Assembly: GCA_964359615.1 (NCBI GenBank)
Contig: CAYHTX010000001.1
Span: 1-25,808, forward strand
From: an uncultured Gammaproteobacteria bacterium
Lineage (GTDB): Bacteria > Patescibacteriota > Patescibacteriia > Magasanikbacterales > UBA922
Reading direction: 5' to 3'
DNA length: 25,808 bases
Each line of letters starts with the position of its first letter. Position 1 is the stretch's first letter. A program made the position numbers and the translations under genes. Below, piece by piece: positions 1-8,817 of the stretch. The notes beneath the pieces are model-generated. The model saw nothing but the letters and a program-made list of their open reading frames with translations. It was not told where the DNA came from and ran no database searches.

Positions 1-523
1 GGAGCACGCTAAAGATATACGCCGCGAGAACACCAGTCGCAATTAGGACCGACATGTTGAGCTTGCGGGCTTTGAGCGAATAATAGGTGCCGGTCATAAA
101 AATCGAACCTGACCAGAAAACGACCGGCGTCGTCAGGATAAATAAAATCCAATTCACCGGTATCGGCGCCGGTAGATTGAGTTTGAAAAAATTGATGCCA
201 ACCGGCGAATAAAGAAAAATCGGAATGGACAGAACGAGCGCGATCAAAAATCGCCGGCGCATGTCGGCCTCCATTGCTTTGGCCATGCTCGGGTCGGTCA
301 TGGCAGACTCGTGATCCATATGACTTACTTGGCTTATGGTATGGCCTGCATGCTCATCATGCTTTACATTTTTTTTTCCATGATACTCATACTGTTTGGC
401 ATCGTTCTCGCAACCGCAGTCCACAGCCAGTTTTTCCGCCGTGCAAGCCATACACTCGCGACCACAAGGGCAGTTACCCTGCGGTGCGTTCTTGTTCACC
501 TGGTCAGGTTTATGATTATCCAT
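1..523 (-). CDS. Heavy-metal (probably copper) P1B-type ATPase, N-terminal part only (runs off the left edge of the window)
   Basis: Not in the ORF track; translated by hand from ATG at 523: MDNHKPDQVNKNAPQGNCPCGRECMACTAEKLAVDCGCENDAKQYEYHGKKNVKHDEHAGHTISQVSHMDHESAMTDPSMAKAMEADMRRRFLIALVLSIPIFLYSP...SLKARKLNMSVLIATGVLAAYIFSVL. The frame is open to base 2. The TM1 'RRRFLIALVLSIP' and 'LNMxxLIAxG...AY..S' pattern is typical of CopA/CopB-class ATPases. Confidence 0.85.
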   Translation of the reverse strand, partial: MDNHKPDQVNKNAPQGNCPCGRECMACTAEKLAVDCGCENDAKQYEYHGKKNVKHDEHAGHTISQVSHMDHESAMTDPSMAKAMEADMRRRFLIALVLSIPIFLYSPVGINFFKLNLPAPIPVNWILFILTTPVVFWSGSIFMTGTYYSLKARKLNMSVLIATGVLAAYIFSVL

Positions 524-1220
524 ACAGATATTTATACACGACCTGGCTTTGGTCAATAATATTTTGGAGTACTGGCCGATTTTCCTCAAGTGAGTGGGAA
601 ACGGTCGGAAAAATATAGTGGCACTGGACGGGTGCGTCGCGGTGCGTCGTCGGCAAGACATAGTGGTCGTCGAGTCTTTTTAATGACTCTTCCGATGTGC
701 GTAGTTCGAGAATGGCGCGATTGCTGAACGGCACGGTCGGCTCACGGTGTTTTTTGGCCGGAAACAAAAATTCTTTGACCGTGCGGCCGCTTTTCATTTC
801 AATGAAGCGGAAACGGCCAGATTCGGCGCGTGAGAGTGACACAACCGCGGTCGCAAGGAGGTGTTCAAAAATTTTTTGTTTATCCTTTTTGGTTCGCGGC
901 GATGCAGTCAAAAGGTCGGTAGTCACTTCTTTAAGAAGCGGCAGGCGGCGGTTTACGCGCGCGATGTACTCGAACGAATCCTTGAGCTTCTCGGTCGAGT
1001 CTTCAAGTTCTTTGAGCGCCTTGGCCTTTGCCAGTTCGCGCTTGGTGATGTCGCGCCGGTGGAGAATATACACGACGCCCGCAATCGCGATCATGAGAGC
1101 GGTGGATCCTGATTGCGCATACGGACTTTGCATGCCAAACACATGGCCGGCAAAGATGTGCGGCTGCACGATGAGCGCGATAACAAGCAAAGCATAAATC
1201 GTATACGCGATCGGCGACAT
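516..1220 (-). CDS. Hypothetical membrane protein (2 N-terminal TM helices, coiled coil, soluble C-terminal domain)
   Basis: ORF 516-1343, with the start trimmed to ATG 1220 (MSPIAYT) because the longer start overlaps the DUF2933 gene. Two hydrophobic segments are followed by a charged helix (KRELAKAKALKELEDSTEKLKDSF). The stop overlaps the ATPase start by 8 nt. Confidence 0.7.
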   Translation of the reverse strand: MSPIAYTIYALLVIALIVQPHIFAGHVFGMQSPYAQSGSTALMIAIAGVVYILHRRDITKRELAKAKALKELEDSTEKLKDSFEYIARVNRRLPLLKEVTTDLLTASPRTKKDKQKIFEHLLATAVVSLSRAESGRFRFIEMKSGRTVKEFLFPAKKHREPTVPFSNRAILELRTSEESLKRLDDHYVLPTTHRDAPVQCHYIFPTVSHSLEENRPVLQNIIDQSQVVYKYLYG

Positions 1221-1233
1221 ATTCCTTCGGCAT

Positions 1234-1440
1234 TTATTTTTTATCTCCGTGTCCGCCATGATCCTCCCCATGTCCCTTGTGCATAAAGATATGCATGAGT
1301 GGACACAGGAGGAGAAGCAGATACGGCGCCACTGAAAAGACATGCGAGCGGTGGTCGCGCAACAGGAACACCAGGCCCGCGATGCCGATCACGAAAACAA
1401 TCCACCAGGTTTTGGTTGAAAAAGTATTATCCTGTTCCAT
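1234..1440 (-). CDS. DUF2933-family small membrane protein (copper-cluster associated)
   Basis: 68 aa, two TM segments, family motif 'LLLLLCPLMHIFMH' and a His/Gly tail (KGHGEDHGGHG). Confidence 0.85.
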   Translation of the reverse strand: MEQDNTFSTKTWWIVFVIGIAGLVFLLRDHRSHVFSVAPYLLLLLCPLMHIFMHKGHGEDHGGHGDKK

Positions 1441-1451
1441 ATAATTTTTGG

Positions 1452-1718
1452 TTACTTTGTTGCCCCCTCGAGACTGGCATTATGCATCCAGGCAATATAC
1501 GCGCCGGCGATGCCAGACCAGAACGCGATCGAAATGCCGCCGATGATCCAGCTCCCAAATCCGACCCAGGTGAAACCCGGCAGAAGTTCAAAAAGCGAGT
1601 GGTGGAGTTCGGCCATACTGCCCGAAAGCGTTGTCCCGTAGAGAAGACACACGGTGTACGCGATTTCGCCGCCGAGCACGCATAGCCCAGCGTATTTTTT
1701 GATAGATAATTTTCCCAT
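1452..1718 (-). CDS. DUF5676-like small membrane protein
   Basis: Start trimmed to ATG 1718 (MGKLSIKK), 88 aa. Pattern 'CLLYG...LHHSLFELLPGFTW...W..G..IAF.SG..G.Y.A..HN' resembles DUF5676. Confidence 0.65.
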   Translation of the reverse strand: MGKLSIKKYAGLCVLGGEIAYTVCLLYGTTLSGSMAELHHSLFELLPGFTWVGFGSWIIGGISIAFWSGIAGAYIAWMHNASLEGATK

Positions 1719-1734
1719 ATAAAAGGAAGTCAGA

Positions 1735-2427
1735 TTAAATGAGATTCTTTTTCTTTTCCTCAAATTCCTGGTTGTTGATTTCACCTTTTGCGTATCGTTC
1801 CTTCAGGATATCGAGTGGCTTTTTTTCTACGCCACCGGCGCCCCGTGATTGATTCATAAGCCACCTTATGAGGAGGACGATGCCAAAGATAATGAGGCCC
1901 CACCAGAGGATCATCATAAGAGAACCAAGCCAGCTAAAACCGGTTAATCCAGTGTTCATCATATTGGTCGGGTTAGTCCACTGATTAAATCCACGAGAAG
2001 ACGGCCAGCCGCCGAACATCATGTTCATCATCGGCATAAAACCAATGCTCCCAGTGGGTATGACCGCCTCAGGATCGCAGCCGCTCAAGCGCTTACCCAT
2101 GACGACATGCATCTCTTCTTCACCCTCTTCACCCATCATCCGCTCCATCATGGTATTCATCGCTTCGTGCGAATCGCCGAGCATGGTCCCCATGTAGTAT
2201 TCACCAAGCGATCCAAAATCGTCATCCGACAATTTCTCGCACGTTGTTTCGTTTGCCCGAAGCGCTTCGGAAATAACTTTTCCCTCAGCCTCTTCTCGCG
2301 CGGTGTGGCCGTCAGCTTTGATCACGCTTCGATTCGTTCCCCCCATCATGCCCTGGGCCATCGCGGAGTCGGGAATCACGCCAAGCACAGCCAGACTTAT
2401 GAGCGCGACAAATAGCATGTTTTTCAT
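1735..2427 (-). CDS. Met-rich exported/membrane protein with C-terminal SHOCT domain
   Basis: Signal-peptide-like N-terminus, Met/His-rich middle, one TM helix, and C-terminal 'PLDILKERYAKGEINNQEFEEKKKNL' (SHOCT signature). Confidence 0.85.
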   Translation of the reverse strand: MKNMLFVALISLAVLGVIPDSAMAQGMMGGTNRSVIKADGHTAREEAEGKVISEALRANETTCEKLSDDDFGSLGEYYMGTMLGDSHEAMNTMMERMMGEEGEEEMHVVMGKRLSGCDPEAVIPTGSIGFMPMMNMMFGGWPSSRGFNQWTNPTNMMNTGLTGFSWLGSLMMILWWGLIIFGIVLLIRWLMNQSRGAGGVEKKPLDILKERYAKGEINNQEFEEKKKNLI

Positions 2428-2813
2428 ATTTGTTTTGCAAGATTAATGATTGAATGTACGATCGCATCAACTTCAGCCGGCTTATTTCCCAAATCGACCG
2501 TTGGGAAAAATTGCGTAAGCACAGTTGGCCGCATGCCGGAGATGACTGTTTGACCGCCCTCTGTATACACATTGATTTTACATGGCATACAAAGACCAAT
2601 TTTTGCGTCAGCCTCGAGAAACGCGCTCGCGTACTTGGCATTGCAAAATTCGATAATTTTGAACGGTCCGCGCGTAAATCCTTTCTCCGCCAGAGCCGCC
2701 TGCACATCGTGGACGTACAGCACACGCATTCCCGCCTTGGCAATTTCTTTCTCTACGGCTTCAACGGCGATGGCAAAATTTTTAGTTGTGGTCACGGTAT
2801 AGTCAAATTCCAT
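2424..2813 (-). CDS. DUF302 domain protein
   Basis: 129 aa with 'IIEFCNAKYA...IGLCMPCKINVY' motif. Strong SD AGGAGGTG at 2821-2828 (minus strand). 4-nt overlap with the next gene. Confidence 0.85.
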   Translation of the reverse strand: MEFDYTVTTTKNFAIAVEAVEKEIAKAGMRVLYVHDVQAALAEKGFTRGPFKIIEFCNAKYASAFLEADAKIGLCMPCKINVYTEGGQTVISGMRPTVLTQFFPTVDLGNKPAEVDAIVHSIINLAKQI

Positions 2814-2834
2814 AATAATTCACCTCCTTTTTTA

Positions 2835-4427
2835 TTATTGTACTTTAAATTCCAACATCATCCCGGCTTCCAGGTGTTCGCTAATATGGCAGTGCGCCAT
2901 CCAGCGGCCGGGATTGGTCATGTCAACCAGAACTTCCACCGTGTCGCCGGTTTGGATAAGGGTGGTATCTTTCCAGACGAGATTGTTATTTGGCACGCCA
3001 TTGGTTGATAGCACTAGGAAACGCTGCCCATGAAAGTGAATTGGGTGTTGCATCGGGTGCAAGGACTTCGGGTCATTAAAAATTTTGATCTTCACTTTGT
3101 CGCCAACCGCAAAATTCCAATCAATATCTTCATTGATGTTTCCGGTTTTATTGTCCTTCATTTGCCACACCAGTGTGTCTTTGGTCGAATTGGCGTTCAT
3201 CATGTCCATATCGTCTTCCCATTCGATCTTCTCCACCTCTCCCATGTTCATCATGGTGTCCGACATCGCGCTGCCACCATGCATCATGTGCATGCCGCTA
3301 CCCGCGCCCATCATTTGCTTCATTTGAATGCCAAGCGTAATGCTTTTGTCAGGCGTTTTGACAAAGTATTCCCGGTACGGATCAATGCTTGCAATCGTGT
3401 CTTTGTTTTCCCGGAGCGTCTGAAATGCTTTCACAAAAGAAATTTCTTTTTCTGTGTTCTCGGCGAATATGGAGCCGAGTTCATACGTTTTGTCTGGGGT
3501 TGAATGGATGAGCGTATATTCACCTTTGTCAGAAAAATAGACATCAACTATTGCCCGCTCTGATGGCCCGAGGAGAACCGAATCCACAAATGTCTCACGC
3601 TCGTATTTGCCATTGTCGCCACCGACCAGTTTCATTTGTGCATCCGTAATCCATACGTTGAAGACGCGCGTGTTGGCCGAGTTGGTGAAAACAAAGCGCA
3701 CGACATCGGATTTGTTCACTCGAAGCGTATAATCAGTCTCGCCATTCACAAGCATGACATTCCCAAACCGACCCATAAGGGCGTGCGTCGCGATATCTTT
3801 ATCAAATGGCGTTTGGCCATTTTCGAGATAGAGATCATCGAGAAAGAGGTATTCGGTGCGGTTCACAGGCGAGTAGTAATTCGGATCATCCGGCATAACG
3901 ACATAGTTTCCGTACATGCCCAACTCCTGCGCATAATCTTCGCGAATGTGCGGGTGGTACCAATAAACGCCCTCGTCCGGAAATTTTATTTTGTAGGTAA
4001 ATGATTCTCCCGACTTGATTTCCTTTTGCGTCACATCCGGCACGCCATCAAATTCATTGGCGAGCCGCACGCCGTGCGAGTGAATTGTGGTCGGTACGTC
4101 AATGTTATTCGTAAACTTCAATGTTATCTCTGCCCCCTTTGGCGCGCGGATAAGCGGCCCCGGGATCGAGCCATTGTAGGCGAGCATGCGAATCTCGCGG
4201 TTGCCAATGGTTTTTTTCACGGCCTCGGCCGTCATCTCGTAGGTGTCGCCGTCGTTGAGGTCAACAATCGGCATTGGTTTGGCTTCTGGGAGAGAAGCTG
4301 CGTCGGTTATTGCATTTTGCGTTCGTTTCACGTCCGAAAAGTCGTTTTGAGAGCGCAAGGCAAACAAAACAAGAACAATAATGAGGGCGAGGCAACAGAA
4401 AATTGTATAGAAAATTTTTTTGTTCAT
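2835..4427 (-). CDS. Multicopper oxidase (CueO/laccase-like)
   Basis: All four copper motifs are present: HSHG, WYHPH, HPIHFHG, HCHISEHLEAGMM (type-1 Cys/His/Met). Met-rich insert and N-terminal TM anchor. Confidence 0.95.
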   Translation of the reverse strand: MNKKIFYTIFCCLALIIVLVLFALRSQNDFSDVKRTQNAITDAASLPEAKPMPIVDLNDGDTYEMTAEAVKKTIGNREIRMLAYNGSIPGPLIRAPKGAEITLKFTNNIDVPTTIHSHGVRLANEFDGVPDVTQKEIKSGESFTYKIKFPDEGVYWYHPHIREDYAQELGMYGNYVVMPDDPNYYSPVNRTEYLFLDDLYLENGQTPFDKDIATHALMGRFGNVMLVNGETDYTLRVNKSDVVRFVFTNSANTRVFNVWITDAQMKLVGGDNGKYERETFVDSVLLGPSERAIVDVYFSDKGEYTLIHSTPDKTYELGSIFAENTEKEISFVKAFQTLRENKDTIASIDPYREYFVKTPDKSITLGIQMKQMMGAGSGMHMMHGGSAMSDTMMNMGEVEKIEWEDDMDMMNANSTKDTLVWQMKDNKTGNINEDIDWNFAVGDKVKIKIFNDPKSLHPMQHPIHFHGQRFLVLSTNGVPNNNLVWKDTTLIQTGDTVEVLVDMTNPGRWMAHCHISEHLEAGMMLEFKVQ

Positions 4428-4437
4428 ACCGGAATAA

Positions 4438-4710
4438 TTACCCGTCCTTTTTAGACAATGTATAAACTTTCATGACCTCCTTCACGGCCTTGCCATGCGC
4501 GCCGGATTTCATCTGCTCGACAACATGGGTATTCAGGTGATTTTCAAGCATCGCGTCCTCAAAGCTTGACACGGCTTTCTTGACCGCGCTCGCCTGGGTG
4601 ATGATATCCACGCAGTACTCGCCTTTCTCGACCATGTTCTGCAAGCCTCGAACCTGCCCCTCGATAATTTTGAGGCGCTTCAGGAGTTTTTTTTGCACGT
4701 TTGGTTTCAT
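4438..4710 (-). CDS. csoR: CsoR/RcnR-family metal-sensing transcriptional repressor
   Basis: 'RLKIIEGQVRGLQNMVEKGEYCVDIITQASAV...LENHLNTH'. Start set to ATG 4710 (MKPN) because ATG 4719 abuts the -10 box. Confidence 0.9.
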   Translation of the reverse strand: MKPNVQKKLLKRLKIIEGQVRGLQNMVEKGEYCVDIITQASAVKKAVSSFEDAMLENHLNTHVVEQMKSGAHGKAVKEVMKVYTLSKKDG

Positions 4711-4719
4711 ATATATCAT

Positions 4720-4742
4720 AGTATACCCCCCTAGGGTATACT
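4720..4742. promoter_or_regulatory. CsoR-type operator
   Basis: Palindrome AGTATACCC-CCCTA-GGGTATACT (9-bp arms with a G/C tract). It matches the known ATACC..G-tract..GGTAT form of Firmicutes CsoR operators and covers the promoter spacer and -10. Confidence 0.85.
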
Positions 4743-4748
4743 AGTCAA
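4720..4748 (-). promoter_or_regulatory. Sigma70-type promoter of the csoR operon
   Basis: Minus strand TTGACT (4748-4743), 17-nt spacer, TATACT (4725-4720). Confidence 0.85.
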
Positions 4749-4794
4749 TCAATCATAGCTGTGTATAGCTGCTATGTGATTTCTATTTCTTCCA

Positions 4795-5316
4795 TTACTG
4801 CCCAGGCACATGGTGATCAACGCCGATGTAGGCGTCAATGAATTGTTTGATCACCTCGGCATCAATGGTTTGAAGTTTCAGCATCCGCGTCCAGGCAGTG
4901 AGGATAATGGGGAAGTCCATGCCTGAATATGGTTCCAATATGATGCTTTTTCCTTTGATATAGTATGGATTCACTATTTCTTCCAGTGCTTGAATCGTGC
5001 TCGATGTCACTTGCACCGGATCATAATGGACAATGACTCCGCCGTCTTCCAGATTGTGCACCTGCATTTCGTCGGGTATTTGCGTATCGGTAACGCCCCA
5101 GGACGCTTTCACACCGTGCGGACCGGAGGTCGGCGGTTTGGAGTTGTATAATTCGTGCGAGTCGGTCAGCGACGTCAGGTGACGATTGCCTTGGTTGGCA
5201 ACTGCGTCACCCGGTCGCGGGCGGGTGACAGACCATACGATGGGGCCGACAATGAGCGCCGTGGGTATGATGATGATCAGAAACCCGGTCAATTTTTTGC
5301 TTGAAGGCTGTTTCAT
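4795..5316 (-). CDS. DUF3105 domain membrane-anchored protein
   Basis: N-terminal TM, 'YNSKPPTSGPH', 'VHNLEDGGVIVHY', 'IILTAWTR'. Confidence 0.85.
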   Translation of the reverse strand: MKQPSSKKLTGFLIIIIPTALIVGPIVWSVTRPRPGDAVANQGNRHLTSLTDSHELYNSKPPTSGPHGVKASWGVTDTQIPDEMQVHNLEDGGVIVHYDPVQVTSSTIQALEEIVNPYYIKGKSIILEPYSGMDFPIILTAWTRMLKLQTIDAEVIKQFIDAYIGVDHHVPGQ

Positions 5317-5327
5317 AGAGAAAATCT

Positions 5328-6143
5328 TTAGCGCAGCGCCGCGTCAATCGTGGCCTTGATCTGCGCGTATGGGAGAGCGCCGGAGATAAGCTGCGCATTC
5401 CCGTCTTTGTCAATAAGAAACGACCCGGGCGTGCCATTGACGCCCGCGGCTGCGCCGCCGTTCATGTCAGCGGCAACGCGCGCCGCGTATTTGCCGCTGT
5501 CCAAACAATTTTTGAATTTGCTTTCACTTAGACCAAGTTCTTTGGCGAGTGGCACCAGCGCGTCAAGCGCAAAACCCGTGCCGTTTGCCGCGGTGCGCTC
5601 AAAGATGGCGTCAGTATACTTCCAAAAAGCATCATTGCCGCCGAGTTCAGCCGCGCATTCGGATGCCTCGGCCTCTTTTTGCGCATTGGCATGGAAGGAC
5701 AAGGGGAAATGGCGATACACCCATTTTACCTGTCCTTTATACTCATCCATCATCTGGAGCATGCTTGGGTGGAATCGCTTGCAGAACGGACATTCAAAAT
5801 CCGAGTATTCGATCCAGGTCAGTTCGGCATTTTTATCGCCACGCACATGATCCTCTTTCGTGACTGGCGGCACAGCCCCGGTCGGCGCCTGAGTCGGCGG
5901 AATTTGAGCTGCCGCGAGCGGCCGAGCTCCAGCATTTGCTCCGTCCGAAACGGCTTTGGCCGTGATGCCGCCTTTTAACACGATTGAAAGGAGAACAAAA
6001 AAGCCAATGGTGCAAAGAACAAGCACCGCGCCAATCATACCAAGCCCGAACACCATTTTGGGCGGCAATTGATTGAAAACACTTTTGTTATTGACAACTG
6101 GATCGAAATCAGGGTCATTGAGACGTGTTGTTTGATTGTCCAT
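5328..6143 (-). CDS. DsbA/BdbD-like thiol-disulfide oxidoreductase, membrane anchored
   Basis: 'EYSDFECPFCKRFH', 'YRHFPLSFH', 'GVNGTPGSF' (cis-Pro loop), one TM helix. Confidence 0.9.
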   Translation of the reverse strand: MDNQTTRLNDPDFDPVVNNKSVFNQLPPKMVFGLGMIGAVLVLCTIGFFVLLSIVLKGGITAKAVSDGANAGARPLAAAQIPPTQAPTGAVPPVTKEDHVRGDKNAELTWIEYSDFECPFCKRFHPSMLQMMDEYKGQVKWVYRHFPLSFHANAQKEAEASECAAELGGNDAFWKYTDAIFERTAANGTGFALDALVPLAKELGLSESKFKNCLDSGKYAARVAADMNGGAAAGVNGTPGSFLIDKDGNAQLISGALPYAQIKATIDAALR

Positions 6144-6212
6144 ACGATTTTTAAGAAAATAGTGAATAGAGATGAAGGTATAGAGATAAGTTCTACATAG
6201 GCAAAAGAACGA

Positions 6213-8555
6213 TTACAATTCCGCGCTAATGCGCGCGAAGGCGATAAAGAGCAAAGTAAACACGGCAGTCATGATAACTGGCGCGATGTCAGAGAGATAA
6301 TTTCTTTTGTCTGGCCGAAAGCCTTTGAGGAGAAGCGAGTTAGAGACGACCGACACTGAACTAAACGCCATGGCGAGTCCGGCGAGTTCCGGCCGAAGCA
6401 CAATGCCAAGGCCGATCAGCATACGCGCCGCGATCGGGATGCCGACCACGTTGTAGAACAGGGCAAAAAACATGTTCTGTTTTATTTTCCCCATAGTCTC
6501 CCGGCTCAACTGTATGGCGTGGACCACATCGCGGAGGTCATTCTTCACGAGCACAATGTCTCCAGCCTCCATAGCGACATCGGTGCCGCCGCCCATGGCA
6601 ATGCCGACGTCGGCCTGTGCCAGTGCCGGACTGTCGTTGATGCCATCGCCGACCATGGCGACCCGCATCCCCTTTTCCTGCAATTTTTTGACTTCTTTTT
6701 CTTTATCCTGCGGGAGCACATCGGCGAGCACGTTCGTGATGCCAACTTCTTTCGCAATCGCGGCTGCGGTTCGGGCATTGTCGCCGGTGATCATGTAGGT
6801 CGCGATGCCCATCTGTTGGAGCGATTTGACCGCGGCGACGCTAGTATCTTTCAGCGTATCGGCGACTGCGATGATGCCGAGGATATTTTTATCGTCAGAG
6901 AGAATTACGGCTGTTTTTCCGGCGTCCTCCAGTTTCCGCAACTGTTCTTCAACCGGTGTTGTGTCAAATCCTTCGCGCGCCATCAGTTTCCGGTTGCCAA
7001 GCGCATATTTTTGTCCATCAATCATTCCCTCAACTCCATGCCCTGGCACCGCCTGAAATCCAACGACTGGCAGGAGCGTAAGTCCGTCAGTTTTCGCTCG
7101 CTTCACAATCGCCTCGGCCAGCGGATGCTCTGACGTATTTTCAAGCGATGCGGTGATTTGTAAAAAATTCAACTGGTTTCTATTTTCTATCACATCGGTC
7201 ACTTCCGGCTCACCCTTCGTGAGCGTTCCGGTCTTGTCAAAGACGACGGCCTGAATTTTCGCCGTCGCCTCGAGCGGTTCGCCGCCTTTAATCAGTATCC
7301 CGTATTCGGCGCCCTTGCCGGTGCCAACCATGACTGCCGTCGGCGTGCCGAGGCCCAGGGCGCAGGGGCAGGCAATCACAATAACGGAAACAAATGCCAG
7401 AAGCGCAAAGGTCACTGTCTCACCCAAAACAAAGTACCAGATGAGGAAGGTAAGAATGGCAATACCGATGACCGCTGGCACGAACCAGGCCGAGATCCGA
7501 TCCGCGTACGCTTGGATCGGCGCTTTGGAGCCTTGCGCGTCTTCGACGAGACGGATGATTTGCGCGAGCATGGTATCGGCGCCGACCTTGGTCGCCCGGA
7601 ATTCAAAACTACCGTTTTTGTTGATCGTGGCGCCAACCACTGTGTCACCAGTCTTTTTTTCAACCGGAATGCTTTCGCCCGTCACCATTGATTCATCAAC
7701 TGCGGATAAGCCGTCAGTTACTATTCCGTCAACCGGAATTTTTTCACCCGGCCGCACAATCACAACGTCGCCCGCCACGACTTCTTCGACCGGAATATCA
7801 GTTGTGGTATAGCCGCGGCGCACGCGAGCAATTTTTGCCTGGAGTCCCATCAGTTTTCGGATCGCATCACTCGTCTGCCCCTTGGCGCGCGCCTCGAGCC
7901 ACTTGCCCATGAGGACAAAGGTGATAAGAAAGACGCCGATCTCAAAGTAGAGATTCGGAATTTTCTCTCCCATCGGCGCTATGATTGATCCCGTGAACAG
8001 CGCATAACTGATGAATTCATAGAGACTGTAGAAGAAGGCGGTCGAGGTGCCGATCGCGATCAGACTGTCCATGTTGAACGTCTTCATCTTGAGACTCGAC
8101 CACATCCCGCGGTAGAATCCGGCGCCGAGAATGAATTGCACAGGGAGCGCGAAAAGGAGCGACGCAAGTCCCATGCGCGGCATGATGGATTCTCGAAACG
8201 GCAGCACCGTTAAAAAATCCAACAGCATAAAATACACAAGCGGGATGCTAAAGACAACGCCGGCTAAAAATTTATTCCGGTACGCCAAAATTTCGATAGT
8301 CCGGCGTTTGCGTTCTGCTTCACGGTCTTTCTCATCGGCAATTTCCGCTCTGTATCCTGCCGCTTTGACCGCCTCTTTAATTTTTTCTTCATCCGCGAGG
8401 CTCGCATCATACACGACCCGCGCCTTTTCAGCGCTGACATTCACGTTCACTTCTTTGACGCCTGCCACTTTTTTTACTTTGCGCTCGATAAGCGCGGCGC
8501 ATGAGGCGCAGTGCATGCCATAGATGTTAAATTGTGCACGAGTGTCGGCGGTCAT
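6213..8555 (-). CDS. copA: Cu(I)-translocating P1B-1 ATPase
   Basis: N-terminal GMHCASC HMA, TGES, CPC (IACPCAL), [25 protein letters not shown] and MAFSSVSV metal-site motifs. Confidence 0.95.
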   Translation of the reverse strand: MTADTRAQFNIYGMHCASCAALIERKVKKVAGVKEVNVNVSAEKARVVYDASLADEEKIKEAVKAAGYRAEIADEKDREAERKRRTIEILAYRNKFLAGVVFSIPLVYFMLLDFLTVLPFRESIMPRMGLASLLFALPVQFILGAGFYRGMWSSLKMKTFNMDSLIAIGTSTAFFYSLYEFISYALFTGSIIAPMGEKIPNLYFEIGVFLITFVLMGKWLEARAKGQTSDAIRKLMGLQAKIARVRRGYTTTDIPVEEVVAGDVVIVRPGEKIPVDGIVTDGLSAVDESMVTGESIPVEKKTGDTVVGATINKNGSFEFRATKVGADTMLAQIIRLVEDAQGSKAPIQAYADRISAWFVPAVIGIAILTFLIWYFVLGETVTFALLAFVSVIVIACPCALGLGTPTAVMVGTGKGAEYGILIKGGEPLEATAKIQAVVFDKTGTLTKGEPEVTDVIENRNQLNFLQITASLENTSEHPLAEAIVKRAKTDGLTLLPVVGFQAVPGHGVEGMIDGQKYALGNRKLMAREGFDTTPVEEQLRKLEDAGKTAVILSDDKNILGIIAVADTLKDTSVAAVKSLQQMGIATYMITGDNARTAAAIAKEVGITNVLADVLPQDKEKEVKKLQEKGMRVAMVGDGINDSPALAQADVGIAMGGGTDVAMEAGDIVLVKNDLRDVVHAIQLSRETMGKIKQNMFFALFYNVVGIPIAARMLIGLGIVLRPELAGLAMAFSSVSVVSNSLLLKGFRPDKRNYLSDIAPVIMTAVFTLLFIAFARISAEL

Positions 8556-8761
8556 ACTTTTTGAACGCGATAATTGTCGAGCGCCTGAACTTCTTCAGTG
8601 AATTTGGCAAAATCAAAGGTTTCATCATGTTCGATCACTCCTTCACCAGTCGCCGCATTCACGGTGCATGATGCTACCCCGGGCAATTCACTCGCCACGT
8701 CTTCAATGAGCGTTTTACATGAAGCACAGTGCATGCCGGTGATTTTTATATTCGTTTGCAT
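8552..8761 (-). CDS. copZ: Copper chaperone, single HMA domain
   Basis: 69 aa, GMHCASC motif, 4-nt overlap with the copA start. Confidence 0.85.
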   Translation of the reverse strand: MQTNIKITGMHCASCKTLIEDVASELPGVASCTVNAATGEGVIEHDETFDFAKFTEEVQALDNYRVQKV

Positions 8762-8769
8762 AAAGTTTG

Positions 8770-8799
8770 CAGATCAAGACTAAGATTGAGTTCGAGATT
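8770..8799. repeat. Degenerate hexamer tandem repeat (5 units)
   Basis: CAGATC AAGACT AAGATT GAGTTC GAGATT in the intergenic gap upstream of copZ. Confidence 0.45.
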
Positions 8800-8817
8800 G
8801 ATTTAATACTTATGGCA

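Noticed and set aside
1221-1343. Longer starts given by the ORF track (also 1784, 4719, 10966, 12971, 16848, 17429, 18247, 20347, 21032, 24473)
   Set aside because: They overlap neighbouring genes or promoters and add non-homologous residues; downstream ATGs fit family N-termini better.
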